Of a stretch of 64,000 nt of DNA, positions 28,647-38,700 are shown piece by piece (the first letter of the stretch is position 1; each line of letters opens with the position of its first letter). Origin of the DNA: an uncultured delta proteobacterium (GTDB taxonomy: Bacteria; Myxococcota_A; Polyangia; Polyangiales; Polyangiaceae); NCBI GenBank assembly GCA_963782055.1, contig CAWAIF010000003.1, forward strand, positions 4,032,001 to 4,096,000, written 5' to 3'. The position numbers and the translations under genes are program-made. Under the pieces are notes generated by a model, which searched no databases, was not told the DNA's origin, and saw nothing but the letters and a program-made list of their open reading frames with translations.

Positions 28647-29639
28647 TCAGCGCATCCGCACGAACATCGACTCCAGCACGAGCTGCGGCGAGGCGTTGCG
28701 GTCCAGCTCGCGCAGCGCGCGCAGGGTGGCCTCGTGGCGCGCGGCGGTGAGGTCGGCGCGCGGATCGCTCGCGACGGCGAGCGCGCGCGCGTCGGCGGCG
28801 AAGCGCGCCCCCAGCGCCAGCAGACGATCGGGGAGCACGGCCTTCTCGCGCTTGGCTTCCTCGGCGAGGGCGAGCGCCTCGCTCAGCGTGGGCGCCGCGA
28901 CCGCCGCCAGCGCGCGGTCGACGAACGCCTCACGCGCCCCCGCCTGCTCCGGGTCGGCCAGGGAGAGCGCGGTGGCCGCGCTGCCGCCGGCGAGGGCGGC
29001 AATCCCCCGCGCGCGCTCCGGCTCGGTCCCGCGGCGCTCCAGGATCCGCGCGACGAGATCTTCCGGCAGCGGACCGAAGCGCACGCGCTGGGTGCGCGAG
29101 CGGATGGTGGACAGGAGCGACCCACCCTGCGAGGTGAGGAGCACGAAGTGCGTCCGCGCGATGGGCTCCTCCAGCGTCTTGAGCAGGGCGTTGGCGGCGC
29201 TGGTGGAGAGCTCCTCGGCGCGACGGACGATGAACACCTTGGCCCGCCCCTCGTGCGGTGGGAAGGCGGCGCGCGCCAGCACCAGCGTGCGCACCTGATC
29301 GATGGAGATGTCCTGCGTCTCCGGCGTGCGCCGGCCGATCTGCGCGGCCTCGTAGAGCCCACGCTCCAGCACCACCACGTCCGGGTGCACCGGCCGCCGC
29401 TCGCCCTCGCGGGGCACCGCGCGCGTGCAGGCCCCGCACTCTCCGCAGGCGGACTCGCCGTCGGGCGCGCGGCGCTCGCAGACCAGCGCCTGCGCGAGCC
29501 CGAAGGCCGCCAGCTCCTTGCCCACGCCCTCCGGCCCGTCGAAGAGGTAGGCGTGGTGCACGCGGCCGGCGGCGAGCGCGCGGTGCAGCGTGGCCACCGC
29601 CGTGGGCTGAGCTTCGACCCGAGAGAGCAGCGGCGTCAT
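28647..29639 (-). CDS. holB: DNA polymerase III delta-prime subunit
   Basis: HAYLFDGPEGVGK, Zn motif CGECGAC, HPD, ANALLKTLEEP, TIRSR. Confidence 0.93.
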   Translation of the reverse strand: MTPLLSRVEAQPTAVATLHRALAAGRVHHAYLFDGPEGVGKELAAFGLAQALVCERRAPDGESACGECGACTRAVPREGERRPVHPDVVVLERGLYEAAQIGRRTPETQDISIDQVRTLVLARAAFPPHEGRAKVFIVRRAEELSTSAANALLKTLEEPIARTHFVLLTSQGGSLLSTIRSRTQRVRFGPLPEDLVARILERRGTEPERARGIAALAGGSAATALSLADPEQAGAREAFVDRALAAVAAPTLSEALALAEEAKREKAVLPDRLLALGARFAADARALAVASDPRADLTAARHEATLRALRELDRNASPQLVLESMFVRMR

Positions 29640-29646
29640 CCCGGAC

Positions 29647-30300
29647 CTACTTCTCCAGCGTGCTCTTGCCGCCGGGCAGCACGTCGAAGGTGCCATCGGC
29701 GAGCAGCGCCCCGCGGTAGGCGCGCGACCCCGACGACGACGCGAGCACCACCAGGCGCTCGTCCCCCAGTCCCGTGTATTCTGCAAATACCACCGCGTCC
29801 CCCAGATCGGGCGCGCCGCTGCCCACCCGCTCGGCGTGCAGGGGCAGCCGCCGCTTGCGCTCGAAGCGCTCGCCGTCTCGCTCGATGGTGCTCGGAGGCT
29901 CCGCGCCCAGGCGCAGGTCGCCCTCCACCGGAGCCAGCCACACCAGCTCCCGCGCCGGGTCCGGCCTGGCGAGCACCGCGCGGTCGCCCCCCGCGTCGGG
30001 CGAGACGAAGAGCACCAGGCTGGCGCGCTCTCCCCGCCCCTCCGAGAGCACCAGGGCGCCGGCGAGCCACGCCTCCTCGCCGCCCGCGCGGAGCACCACG
30101 TCGCCCAGCTCGCAGGCGAAGCCCTCCATCGGCGCCGTCGTCCGGGGCGGCGGCGCCTCCTCCGCCTCCTGCTCCTCCTCCGCTTCCCCGGGCTTGCCAC
30201 CATCCGCCGGGGTCGCCGCCGGACGACGCTCCCCGCGGGCGATGAACCGCCCGAGCAGGATGCCGCCCGCGATGAGCGCCCCCGTCAGGAGGAGGCTCAT
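29647..30300 (-). CDS. Hypothetical protein with N-terminal membrane anchor (DUF4178-like)
   Basis: Good codon bias, hydrophobic N-terminus, coupled to thiE; family guess weak. Confidence 0.7.
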   Translation of the reverse strand: MSLLLTGALIAGGILLGRFIARGERRPAATPADGGKPGEAEEEQEAEEAPPPRTTAPMEGFACELGDVVLRAGGEEAWLAGALVLSEGRGERASLVLFVSPDAGGDRAVLARPDPARELVWLAPVEGDLRLGAEPPSTIERDGERFERKRRLPLHAERVGSGAPDLGDAVVFAEYTGLGDERLVVLASSSGSRAYRGALLADGTFDVLPGGKSTLEK

Positions 30301-30986
30301 CGGGCCTCCTCCTGCGCGAAGGCGTCCCCAGCACGTGACGCCCCATGGATCGCCCTGACGTACACCTCCGCCTGCGCGCGCACCGCGGCGCGGGCCGCCG
30401 CGCCGGTGGTCCCGGGCGCGGGGAGCAGGCCGCCGATCACCGCGACCAGATCCGCCAGCCGCGCCACCTCCGCCGCCCGCTCCGGGGTGATGCCGCCGAT
30501 CGCGCACAGCGGGGCGCGACCGCGCGCGCGCGCCGACGCGACGCGCAGCCCGGCGAGGCCCACCACCGGGTCTGGCGCAGGCTTCGACGCCGTCGCGTAC
30601 ACCGGTCCGAAGGCGACGTACGCCGGACGCTCGGCGAGCGCGCGCTCGAGCTGCCCGACGTCGTGCGTCGAGATGCCGAGGGCGAGCCCCGGCGACGCGC
30701 GCCGCACCTCCGCGGGCGAGGCGTCCGACTGGCCGACGTGCAGGAACGTGCACCCTGCAAGCAGCGCCAGGTCCGGCCTGTCGTTGACCACCAGCGGCGC
30801 GCCCGCCGCGGCGCACGCCGGCGCGAGGGCGCGGAGGCAGTCCACCACCGCCGTGTCCGGCGCCGCCTTCGCGCGCAGCTGCACCACGCGCGCGCCGCCC
30901 TCCAGCGCCGCCTCGGCGAAGGCGAGCGGATCGAGCGCGCGCTCCTCCAGCGCGCCCAGGTCGACGATCGCGTACAGGCCGTGCAT
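30297..30986 (-). CDS. thiE: Thiamine-phosphate synthase
   Basis: VQLRAK, VVNDR, HVGQSD, GISTH, GPVYATASK, AIGGI. Confidence 0.94.
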   Translation of the reverse strand: MHGLYAIVDLGALEERALDPLAFAEAALEGGARVVQLRAKAAPDTAVVDCLRALAPACAAAGAPLVVNDRPDLALLAGCTFLHVGQSDASPAEVRRASPGLALGISTHDVGQLERALAERPAYVAFGPVYATASKPAPDPVVGLAGLRVASARARGRAPLCAIGGITPERAAEVARLADLVAVIGGLLPAPGTTGAAARAAVRAQAEVYVRAIHGASRAGDAFAQEEAR

Positions 30987-31019
30987 CCGGGCAGGTGCGT
31001 ACCACGCCGTCACCCCACG

Positions 31020-32228
31020 TCAATCGCGCCGGGGCGGCGGCCGCGGCTCGAGGCGCACGATCCGCGCTCCCTGCTCGACCCGCGCCGCGCCCGGAGCCAG
31101 CGGCGGCTCGATCCCCAGCAGGTCGCCGCGCGCCGCCTCCTCCCAGGCGTCGCCGCGCACGCGATGACGGTCGAGCCTCGCCACCCGCGGGCGCCCCCAC
31201 GCCGCCTCCCCGTCCTGCTCCAGCTCACCGCAGAGGAAGAGCTCGCTCTTGCCCTTGCTCCGCAGCGGACGGCTCGTCACGCGCAGAGGGCGCGGCCTCT
31301 CGCCGAGCGCGTCGCGCAGCGTCGCGCCGTCACGGCGGAGCACCACGTAGGAGAAGGTAAGGCCCTGCCATCGCAGGCCGGCGCCCCGCGCGAGCGGCGC
31401 GAGCCACTCCGGGAGGTCCACCGGCAGATCCTCGTGGCACCAGTCGTCGGAGGTGGCGAGCGCGGGACACGCCGTCTGGTGCAGGCACGGGGCGAAGACC
31501 CGGCTCTTGCCGGCCGACAGCACGCGGTCGCGCACGGCGTGGAGGTGGCGTGTCGCCGGACGCAGCGCCGGCTCGACGACCACCAGCGAGCCCGAGGGCG
31601 CCAGCTCGTCCGCGAGCGCGTCGAGCAGCGCCGCGTGCTCCGCCACGCGGTCCTCATCCACCCGATCGCGCCCCATCTCGCAGAGCACCTGCCCGAGCAG
31701 GACCAGATCGAACGGCCCGCCGCGCCGCTGGACCGGACCGCGCGCCACGCGCACCCGCACCGCCACGCCGCCCTCGCCGCGCCGCTCGGCAGCGATGGAC
31801 TCGGCCAGGGCGAGCGCGCCGGCGTCGTGATCCACCAGCAGCGCGTCCACCTCGCCGCTGTCGCCCGCCGCCGCGAGCGCGCGCGCCACGCCCCACGTCG
31901 TCGCGCCCAGACCCGCGCCGAGGTCCAGCACGCGCAGGGGCCGCCCGGGCTCCAGCGCCAGCCGACCCGCCGCCACCAGCTCGCGCACCGCGCACGCGCT
32001 CTTCGGGACGTCGCGCGGGAAGCCGAAGGCGAGGCGCGCCGAGAGGGCAGCGCTCCCCGTCGGCGGCTCTGCGCCATGGTTGTAGGCGTCGGACAGCGCC
32101 CGCACGCGCGCGGCCATCGCCTTCGGCGGCGCGTCCAGGCCCTTCGCGCGCGCCACGGCGGCGAGCACGTGCCGCCAGTCCTCCTCGAGGGGCCGACAGG
32201 GCGCGTCGCGTACCGTCCGGTGGCTCAT
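31020..32228 (-). CDS. Rsm22/METTL17-family methyltransferase-like protein
   Basis: LDLGAGLG, VVEPA, APCLHQTACP, DWCHE, FSYVVL, LFLCG. Confidence 0.85.
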   Translation of the reverse strand: MSHRTVRDAPCRPLEEDWRHVLAAVARAKGLDAPPKAMAARVRALSDAYNHGAEPPTGSAALSARLAFGFPRDVPKSACAVRELVAAGRLALEPGRPLRVLDLGAGLGATTWGVARALAAAGDSGEVDALLVDHDAGALALAESIAAERRGEGGVAVRVRVARGPVQRRGGPFDLVLLGQVLCEMGRDRVDEDRVAEHAALLDALADELAPSGSLVVVEPALRPATRHLHAVRDRVLSAGKSRVFAPCLHQTACPALATSDDWCHEDLPVDLPEWLAPLARGAGLRWQGLTFSYVVLRRDGATLRDALGERPRPLRVTSRPLRSKGKSELFLCGELEQDGEAAWGRPRVARLDRHRVRGDAWEEAARGDLLGIEPPLAPGAARVEQGARIVRLEPRPPPRRD

Positions 32229-32257
32229 GCCGCCTCCGCACGCTACGCTGCGGAGCG

Positions 32258-32653
32258 ATGCACGCCAAGCTCGCGGTGGGAGGCGTGGTGGTACGCGACG
32301 ACGGCGCGCTCCTGCTGGTACGCCGCAAGGACCCGCCGGACGCCGGACGCTGGACGCTCCCCGGCGGCCACGTGGAGCCGGGGGAGAGCCCGCATCAGGC
32401 TGTCGTGCGCGAGGTGATGGAGGAGACGGCCGTGCCCGTCGCCGTCGTGCGCACGGTGGAGGTCTTCCCGATGCGCCGCCCCGACGCGGCCTTCGACATC
32501 CACGAGATCCTGTGCCGGCCGGCCTCGTCCGCGGAGCCGCGCGCGGGCGACGACGCGAGCGACGCCCGCTGGGCGCGCGCCGACGAGCTCGCCGATCTCG
32601 GTGTGAGCGAGGCCGTACGTGCGGTCATCGCGCGTGCGCGCGACCTGCTCTAG
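32258..32653 (+). CDS. NUDIX hydrolase
   Basis: PGGHVEPGESPHQAVVREVMEETA Nudix box; AGDDA. Confidence 0.93.
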   Translation: MHAKLAVGGVVVRDDGALLLVRRKDPPDAGRWTLPGGHVEPGESPHQAVVREVMEETAVPVAVVRTVEVFPMRRPDAAFDIHEILCRPASSAEPRAGDDASDARWARADELADLGVSEAVRAVIARARDLL

Positions 32654-32842
32654 AAAACCCCGCCGCCCTGAGTCGCAAGGAGCATGACACCCACCTTCTT
32701 GCCGCCGGTGTGCAACGATGAGGCCAGGCCGGAAACAAGGCGAATTCGAGGAGAGCATGGATAGTCTGTCACGTTTGGTTGACACTCCCGAGGGGACGAC
32801 TGTCCGCATTCCGGACACCATCGTGGGCTAGGCTGCGCGCCC

Positions 32843-33775
32843 ATGACCCCGTCGATCCGCGCGATCCCCGCTGCGTGCCTCGCCGTGACGCTGGCCGCGT
32901 GCGCCAAGTCCCCACCGCCCTCGCAGCTCCCCGACGCGCAGGCCGCCATCGACCGCATGCGCGCCACGACCGAGTGCGCCACGGGCGTGCGCGCCGACGC
33001 GGCCATCGATCACTTCTCCGACAAGGGCGGCCGCGTGCGCGCCGAGCTGCTCATGCTCGCCTCGCGCCCCGCGCGGATCCGGATGGACGTGATGGCGCCG
33101 GTGGTGGGCTCGGTCGCCACGCTGGCGAGCGACGGCGAGCACTTCGCCCTCAACGACATGCGCAACAAGCAGTTTCTCGTCGGGCCCGCCTCGGCGTGCA
33201 ACATCGCGCGCATCACGCAGGTGCCCATCCCGGGCAACGTGCTGGTGAGCCTGCTGGTCGGGCGCGCGCCCGTGCTGGTGCACACGCCGCCCGGGCCGCC
33301 GGCGCTCTCCCTCGCCTGGAGCGGCTCCGGGTACTACGTCGTGGGGATCGACGGCACGCCCAGCGCCCGCGAGGAGATCCACCTGCAGGTGCACCCGGAC
33401 GACTGGAGCAAGCCGTGGCAAGAGCAGCGGCTGCGCGTCATCGACGTCGAGGTGTGGCAGCAAGGCCAGGAGCTCTACGACGCGGAGCTCACCGACTACC
33501 GCCCGACCGGGATGGCGGCGATCCCCGCGGCGAACCCGCTGGACGCGGTGCTCGGCGAGACGCCGCTGCCGCCCAGCGGCCCGCAGTGCAACGCCGAGCT
33601 CCCGCGACGGATCCACGTGAACGTTCCGGGCATGGGGGAGGACGTGCTCTTCCGGTACGACAAGGTCGAGCTCAACCCGCCGCTCCCGCCCAGCTCCTTC
33701 ACGCTGCAGCCGCCGTCCGGCGTGCCCGTCGCCGTCGTGACGTGCGAGGCTCACTCCCCGGCCACCTCCCGCTGA
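32843..33775 (+). CDS. Lipoprotein, probable LolA/LolB-like (DUF4292-like) fold
   Basis: Lipobox LAA-C; RPARIRMD; C-terminal NPPLPPSSFTL; fold inferred. Confidence 0.75.
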   Translation: MTPSIRAIPAACLAVTLAACAKSPPPSQLPDAQAAIDRMRATTECATGVRADAAIDHFSDKGGRVRAELLMLASRPARIRMDVMAPVVGSVATLASDGEHFALNDMRNKQFLVGPASACNIARITQVPIPGNVLVSLLVGRAPVLVHTPPGPPALSLAWSGSGYYVVGIDGTPSAREEIHLQVHPDDWSKPWQEQRLRVIDVEVWQQGQELYDAELTDYRPTGMAAIPAANPLDAVLGETPLPPSGPQCNAELPRRIHVNVPGMGEDVLFRYDKVELNPPLPPSSFTLQPPSGVPVAVVTCEAHSPATSR

Positions 33776-33787
33776 AGGGGGAGGTGG
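33750..33787. repeat. REP-like hairpin in the overlap of convergent genes
   Basis: CTCACTCCCC...CCACCTCCC-GCTGAAGG-GGGAGGTGG; similar to 11813-11861. Confidence 0.5.
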
Positions 33788-34548
33788 ACGGCGTCGCGGA
33801 TCCGACCGGGAGCGTCGGTGATGATCCAGTCGGCGCCGATCGCCACGAGATCACGCGCCTCGTCCGGATCGTTGACCGTCCACACGCCCACGCGCAGGCC
33901 GCGATCGCGGAGCACGCTCACGAGACGCGGCGACGCGAGGGTGCGCTCGATGTGCAGGGCGTACAGCCACGGGGCGCGCGCGACGTGCAGCGCCGCCCGG
34001 CGCGACCAGCGACGCTTGGAGGTCAGCAACCATGCGCGGCGCACGCGCGGCGCGCGCAGGCCGAGGCGCAGGAGCAAGCCGGGGTGGAAGCTGGAGACCA
34101 CGACGTCGGCGCCGGACCGCGAGAGCTCACGGGCCACGCCGGCGACGAGGCGGTCCGGCCGCGGGGTGTCGTGCTTGATCTCCACGTTGAGGGCGGCGCC
34201 TCGCGCCTCGCACAGGCGCAGCACGTCGGACAGGAGCGGGGGACCGCTCTCGCCGCCGAAGAGGCGCACCGCCGCGAGCTCGGCGTAGGAGACGTCGGAG
34301 ACCTGCCGCCGGTCGGCGCCGGCGGTGGCGCGCGTCAGGTCGGGGTCGTGGAAGACGACGATCTCGCCCGACCCGCACGGCCGCACGTCCAGCTCGATGC
34401 CGTCGGCGCCCTGGGCGAGGGCGTGCTCGAAGGCCGCCATGGTGTTCTCCGGAGGCCAGCCCGGGTCGTCGGGCGTGTCGCACCCGCCGCGGTGGCCGAC
34501 CACCAGGGGTGGCGTCTCGAAGCCCCGGCGGGAGCCCGCCCGGCTCAC
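33751..34548 (-). CDS. Glycerophosphodiester phosphodiesterase
   Basis: VGHRGG, ENTMAAF, IELDV, FHD, NVEIK, WTVND, IITDAP. Confidence 0.94.
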   Translation of the reverse strand: MSRAGSRRGFETPPLVVGHRGGCDTPDDPGWPPENTMAAFEHALAQGADGIELDVRPCGSGEIVVFHDPDLTRATAGADRRQVSDVSYAELAAVRLFGGESGPPLLSDVLRLCEARGAALNVEIKHDTPRPDRLVAGVARELSRSGADVVVSSFHPGLLLRLGLRAPRVRRAWLLTSKRRWSRRAALHVARAPWLYALHIERTLASPRLVSVLRDRGLRVGVWTVNDPDEARDLVAIGADWIITDAPGRIRDAVHLPLQREVAGE

Positions 34549-35546
34549 GGGCGATTGAGCTCCTGGGCGATGGTCTCGGCGATGTCGCGAACCCGCCCGA
34601 CGTCGGCCGCCGGCAAGGTGATGGCGCCCACCACCGGGTGCCCTCCACCGCCGTAGCGCTCGCAGATGGCGGCGATGTCGTGCCGTCGAGGCACCGCGCT
34701 CCACGGGTTGTAGCCGATGGACACCTTGCACTTCTTGGGGGAGCGCGTGAGCATCAGCGAGTAGGCGCTCTTGGGGTAGAGCGCGTAGGTCACGAACTTG
34801 GTGGCGACCTCGAAGTCGTGATCGAGCAGGTCGACGAGCACCACGTCGCCGCGCTCCACCGCGCGCTCGCGCACCAGCTTCACGAACGCCGCGTGGCCTG
34901 CCTTGAGCGGCTCCAGCGCGGACTGCACGTCCGGCGCGAGCGCCACCTCCGCGAGCGGCTCCTCCAGCAGGCGCGGGACCATGCGCGAGACGAAGGCGTC
35001 GTCGCCGTGGTGCTCGACGACCGTCATGAGCTGCAGCGCCGGCGCCGTCCGCGCGACGGCCATCTCGGCGCTGGGGAAGCGCGCGGCGTCGATGATGTCC
35101 GCCCACTTCACCAGCTCCGCCAGATGCCCCGTGGTCTGCAGGCCGAAGACGCTCGCGCCGAGGTCGGCGATGAGCTTGGTGCACGAGGAGTACGAGCCGT
35201 CGTGGAACATGCGCCGCTCGGTCGCCGGGTGCCTGTGGACCGCGGCCACGTGCGCGTCGTAGGCGCTGCGGTCCTCCGGCGCCGGGAACGCGGAGACGTG
35301 GTGGTCGAAGTACCAGGTGAGCTGCGGCGCGCGCGAGAAGCGAAAATCCAGGATGGCGTTGATCTCGCCGTCGAGCAGCGCGGGGTCGACGCCGTTCTGC
35401 CCCGGGCCGTAGCCGGCGGCGCGGTAGCGCAGCTCCAGCGCATCGCCGGGGGAGAGGTGCCGCAGCAGGCGGGTGAACATCGCCGCCGAACAGAGTCCGT
35501 CGAAGCAGTGCCCGTGAGTCGCCACCACCACGCGTCGCGTCGCCAT
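34545..35546 (-). CDS. DHH/DHHA1-family phosphoesterase
   Basis: HGHCFDG, ILDF, FDHH, GGGGHP. Confidence 0.88.
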   Translation of the reverse strand: MATRRVVVATHGHCFDGLCSAAMFTRLLRHLSPGDALELRYRAAGYGPGQNGVDPALLDGEINAILDFRFSRAPQLTWYFDHHVSAFPAPEDRSAYDAHVAAVHRHPATERRMFHDGSYSSCTKLIADLGASVFGLQTTGHLAELVKWADIIDAARFPSAEMAVARTAPALQLMTVVEHHGDDAFVSRMVPRLLEEPLAEVALAPDVQSALEPLKAGHAAFVKLVRERAVERGDVVLVDLLDHDFEVATKFVTYALYPKSAYSLMLTRSPKKCKVSIGYNPWSAVPRRHDIAAICERYGGGGHPVVGAITLPAADVGRVRDIAETIAQELNRP

Positions 35547-35621
35547 CCGGTGGGGCTACCACAACTCCCGGGCCCGTGCTCCTCATCGTCGGAGTGCTCC
35601 CGCTTCCACGATCCGGCTACG

Positions 35622-36017
35622 ATGGGCGCAGGAGCACGAGCCGGCTTGAACCTCCACCACCTGGCGCTGCGGACCGGCGATCTCCCCCGGCTGGTGCGCT
35701 TCTACGGCGAGCTGCTGGGGCTCCCAGCCGTGGCGGACCACTCCCCGCGGAGCGTGTGGCTTCGGGCGGGCCCGACCATCCTGATGCTGGAGCGCGCCGA
35801 ACCGGGCGAGCCGCCGCCCCCTGCGGGATTGATGGAGCTCGTGGCCTTCGCCATCGCCCCGGCGGAGCGCGCGCCCCTCCGCGCCCGGCTGCAGCAGGCC
35901 GGTGTGCCGGTGGAGGCGGAGACCGGCTTCACGCTGTATTTTCGCGATCCGGACGGAAGGCGGGTGGGCCTGAGCCACCACCCCGCTCCGGCGCCGCCAG
36001 CCGCCCAGACTCCCTGA
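35622..36017 (+). CDS. VOC/glyoxalase family protein
   Basis: LHHLALRT, FYGELLG, LYFRDPDG. Confidence 0.88.
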   Translation: MGAGARAGLNLHHLALRTGDLPRLVRFYGELLGLPAVADHSPRSVWLRAGPTILMLERAEPGEPPPPAGLMELVAFAIAPAERAPLRARLQQAGVPVEAETGFTLYFRDPDGRRVGLSHHPAPAPPAAQTP

Positions 36018-36103
36018 AAACGCGCCCGAATCGGGGTTGGCGCCGCCGGTCCGTCACCGAAAAAGCGCCGGACCGACGTAGGAGATCATGATACATTACG
36101 CGC

Positions 36104-37648
36104 GTGGTTCTCCGCTCGCCCAGCGCTGTCGAGCTCGAGGGAACGGAGCGGGTGCCGAGCATCCGGCCGGGCACCCGGCTGGGCCGCTACGAGATCGTGA
36201 CGCACATCGCGGCAGGCGGGATGGCCAACGTCTACCTGGGCCGCGCGCTCGGGGTGGCCGGCTTCCAGCGGCTGGTCGCGATCAAGCTGCTGCACCCGCA
36301 CGTCGCGGCGGACCGGCAGTTCATCACCATGTTCCTGGACGAGGCGCGCCTCGCCGCCCGGGTGCGTCACCCCAACGTCGTCGCCACGCTGGACCTGCAG
36401 CACGGCGCCGACGGCCACTACCTGGTGATGGAGTACGTCGAGGGCGACTCCCTGCTCGGCCTGCTGCGGCAGACCGCCAAGCTGAACAAGCCGATGCCCG
36501 CCGGCATCGCCATCCGCATCATGCTGGAGACGCTCCACGGCCTGCACGCCGCGCACGAGCTCACGGGCGATCAGGGCGAGCCGCTGCACCTGGTGCATCG
36601 CGACGTCTCCCCGCACAACATCCTCGTCGGCGCCGACGGCGTGACGCGCCTGACCGACTTCGGCATCGCCCGCGCGGAGGAGCGCATCAGCCACACGCGC
36701 GACGGGCAGGTGAAGGGCAAGCTGAGCTACATGGCGCCGGAGCAGACGGGCAGCGAGCCCGTCGACCGCCGCGCAGACGTCTTCACCGCGGGCATCGTGC
36801 TGTGGGAGTGCCTCGCGTCCAAGCGTCTCTTCCGCGGGCAGACCGACGCCGAGGCCCTGCGGCAGCTCCTGGAGGCGCCCATCCCTCGCCTGCGCGACGT
36901 GGCGCCGGGCTACCCGCCCGCGCTGGACGAGGTGTGCGCGCGCGCGCTGCGCCGCGATCCCGACGAGCGCTTCGACAACGCCGCCGATTTCGCCGAGGCG
37001 CTGGAGGAGGCCGCCGAGCCGCTGGGCATCGCCACGCCCAGGGCGCTGGGCGCATACGTCCGCGAGATCGCCGCGGAGATGCTGGAGAGCGTGGACCGAC
37101 GCGTGCGCGCGTGGAACGACGGCGCGCGCGTCATGACGGCGCCGTCGCTCGAGCAGGGCGAGCCGGGGGATACCTCGGTGCGGATGACGATCTCCGCGCC
37201 CTCGTCCAACGGCGCGCAGCTCGTCCCCCTGCTGCCGGAGAGCACCGAGGCGCGCCGGCGCCGTCCGCTCTGGGTCGGCCTCGGCGCGGCCGCGCTGGTG
37301 CTCGTCGGCGCCTCGGTGGCGACGGTGACCCTGCTCGTGGCGTCGCGCGCGGGCCACGAGCCTGAGCACGCCGCGGCGACGGCCGCGCCCACGGTCACCG
37401 CGCCCGTCGCGAAGGCCGACCCGACGGCGACGACCACAGAGGCCCCGGCGACGACCTCCGTCTCGGTCCAGGACCTCCCGTCGGAGACGCCGCCGCCGCG
37501 GCCCGCGGTCCACCACCCGCACGCGCAGGTGAAGCCTCCGTCGCCACCGCCGGTTGCCTCCGCGCCCTCCGCCGCCGCCTCGGCCAGGACGCCGCCCGCG
37601 CCTCCGCCGCCCGCCACCGGCGGCGCCTTCAATCCCGAAGCCATGTGA
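36104..37648 (+). CDS. Membrane Ser/Thr protein kinase
   Basis: GGMANVY, AIK, HRDVSPHN, DFG, YMAPE; one TM helix; Pro/Thr-rich tail ending FNPEAM. Confidence 0.95.
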   Translation: MVLRSPSAVELEGTERVPSIRPGTRLGRYEIVTHIAAGGMANVYLGRALGVAGFQRLVAIKLLHPHVAADRQFITMFLDEARLAARVRHPNVVATLDLQHGADGHYLVMEYVEGDSLLGLLRQTAKLNKPMPAGIAIRIMLETLHGLHAAHELTGDQGEPLHLVHRDVSPHNILVGADGVTRLTDFGIARAEERISHTRDGQVKGKLSYMAPEQTGSEPVDRRADVFTAGIVLWECLASKRLFRGQTDAEALRQLLEAPIPRLRDVAPGYPPALDEVCARALRRDPDERFDNAADFAEALEEAAEPLGIATPRALGAYVREIAAEMLESVDRRVRAWNDGARVMTAPSLEQGEPGDTSVRMTISAPSSNGAQLVPLLPESTEARRRRPLWVGLGAAALVLVGASVATVTLLVASRAGHEPEHAAATAAPTVTAPVAKADPTATTTEAPATTSVSVQDLPSETPPPRPAVHHPHAQVKPPSPPPVASAPSAAASARTPPAPPPPATGGAFNPEAM

Positions 37649-38700
37649 GGTCGATGATCCGCACGAGCGCCCTCTTGCTCTCGGCCGCCTGCTGCGTGGT
37701 GGCCGCCACCGCTTCCGCCCAGACGACCGAAGAGGCCGTCGCCCAGGCGCGCTTCTCCAAGGGGCGCGAGCTCTTCATGGCGCAGAAGTACGCCGCGGCG
37801 CTGCAGGAGTTCCGCGCGGCGAGCCAGCTCTACGAGAGCCCCAACACGCGCCTGTACATGGCGCGGTGCGAGCGCGGCCTCGGTCACCTCGCCGCCGCGT
37901 ACGTCGAGTACCAGCGCGCGGCGAGCGAGGCCTCCGACCGCGCGCGCACCGACCCGCGCTACGTCGGCACGCGCGATCACGCCAGGGAGGAGGGCCAGGC
38001 GCTGGAACCGAAGCTCGCCCACCTGAAGGTGCTCGCGCCCGCGCTGCCGGAGGGCGCCAAGGTCGCCGTCAACGGGTCGGTGCTCGCGACCGCGGCGCTC
38101 GGCGTCGCCGCCCCCATCGATCCGGGCAGCGTCACCGTCACGGCGGAGGCGCAGGGGTACGCGCGCTACACCAAGTCGGCGCGCGCCGCCGCAGGCGAGA
38201 CGGTGGAGATCAAGGTCGACCTGACGCCGCTGCCCGCCGGGCCGCCCCCGCAGGGCGTGGCCCGGACGGGGACGCCCGCGCCCGCGACCACCACCGAGCA
38301 GCCGACGACGGTGCCGAGCGCGCCGGATCACAGCGGCGACAAGAAGGTGGGCGGCGGCGTGCGCGTCGCCGGCTTCGTCGTGGGGACGGCGGGGCTCGTC
38401 GGCATCGGCCTCTTCGCCGGCTTCGCCGCCGCCGCGCAGACCCGCTACGACCAGCTCCGCGGCGCGTGCGGCGGACGATGCGATCCCTCCCTCGCCTCCA
38501 AGATCGACGGCGGCGAGACCTACCAGAACGTCGCCAACGTGGCGCTCGGCCTGGGCGCGGCCGCGCTCGTCACGGGCGCCATCATGATCGCCGCCGGCGG
38601 GCCGAAGTACGTGACCGGCGGGTCCGGGCGACTGGTGCCGCTGGTCGAGGTGGATCGCTCCGGGCGGGGCGCCTGGTTCGGGGTGCGCCGTGCGTTCTAG
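37645..38700 (+). CDS. Secreted TPR + PEGA-like protein with C-terminal hydrophobic hairpin
   Basis: Signal peptide, TPR helices, V.VNG...PIDPG...VTAEAQG, two Gly-rich helices, ends WFGVRRAF. Confidence 0.82.
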   Translation: MRSMIRTSALLLSAACCVVAATASAQTTEEAVAQARFSKGRELFMAQKYAAALQEFRAASQLYESPNTRLYMARCERGLGHLAAAYVEYQRAASEASDRARTDPRYVGTRDHAREEGQALEPKLAHLKVLAPALPEGAKVAVNGSVLATAALGVAAPIDPGSVTVTAEAQGYARYTKSARAAAGETVEIKVDLTPLPAGPPPQGVARTGTPAPATTTEQPTTVPSAPDHSGDKKVGGGVRVAGFVVGTAGLVGIGLFAGFAAAAQTRYDQLRGACGGRCDPSLASKIDGGETYQNVANVALGLGAAALVTGAIMIAAGGPKYVTGGSGRLVPLVEVDRSGRGAWFGVRRAF

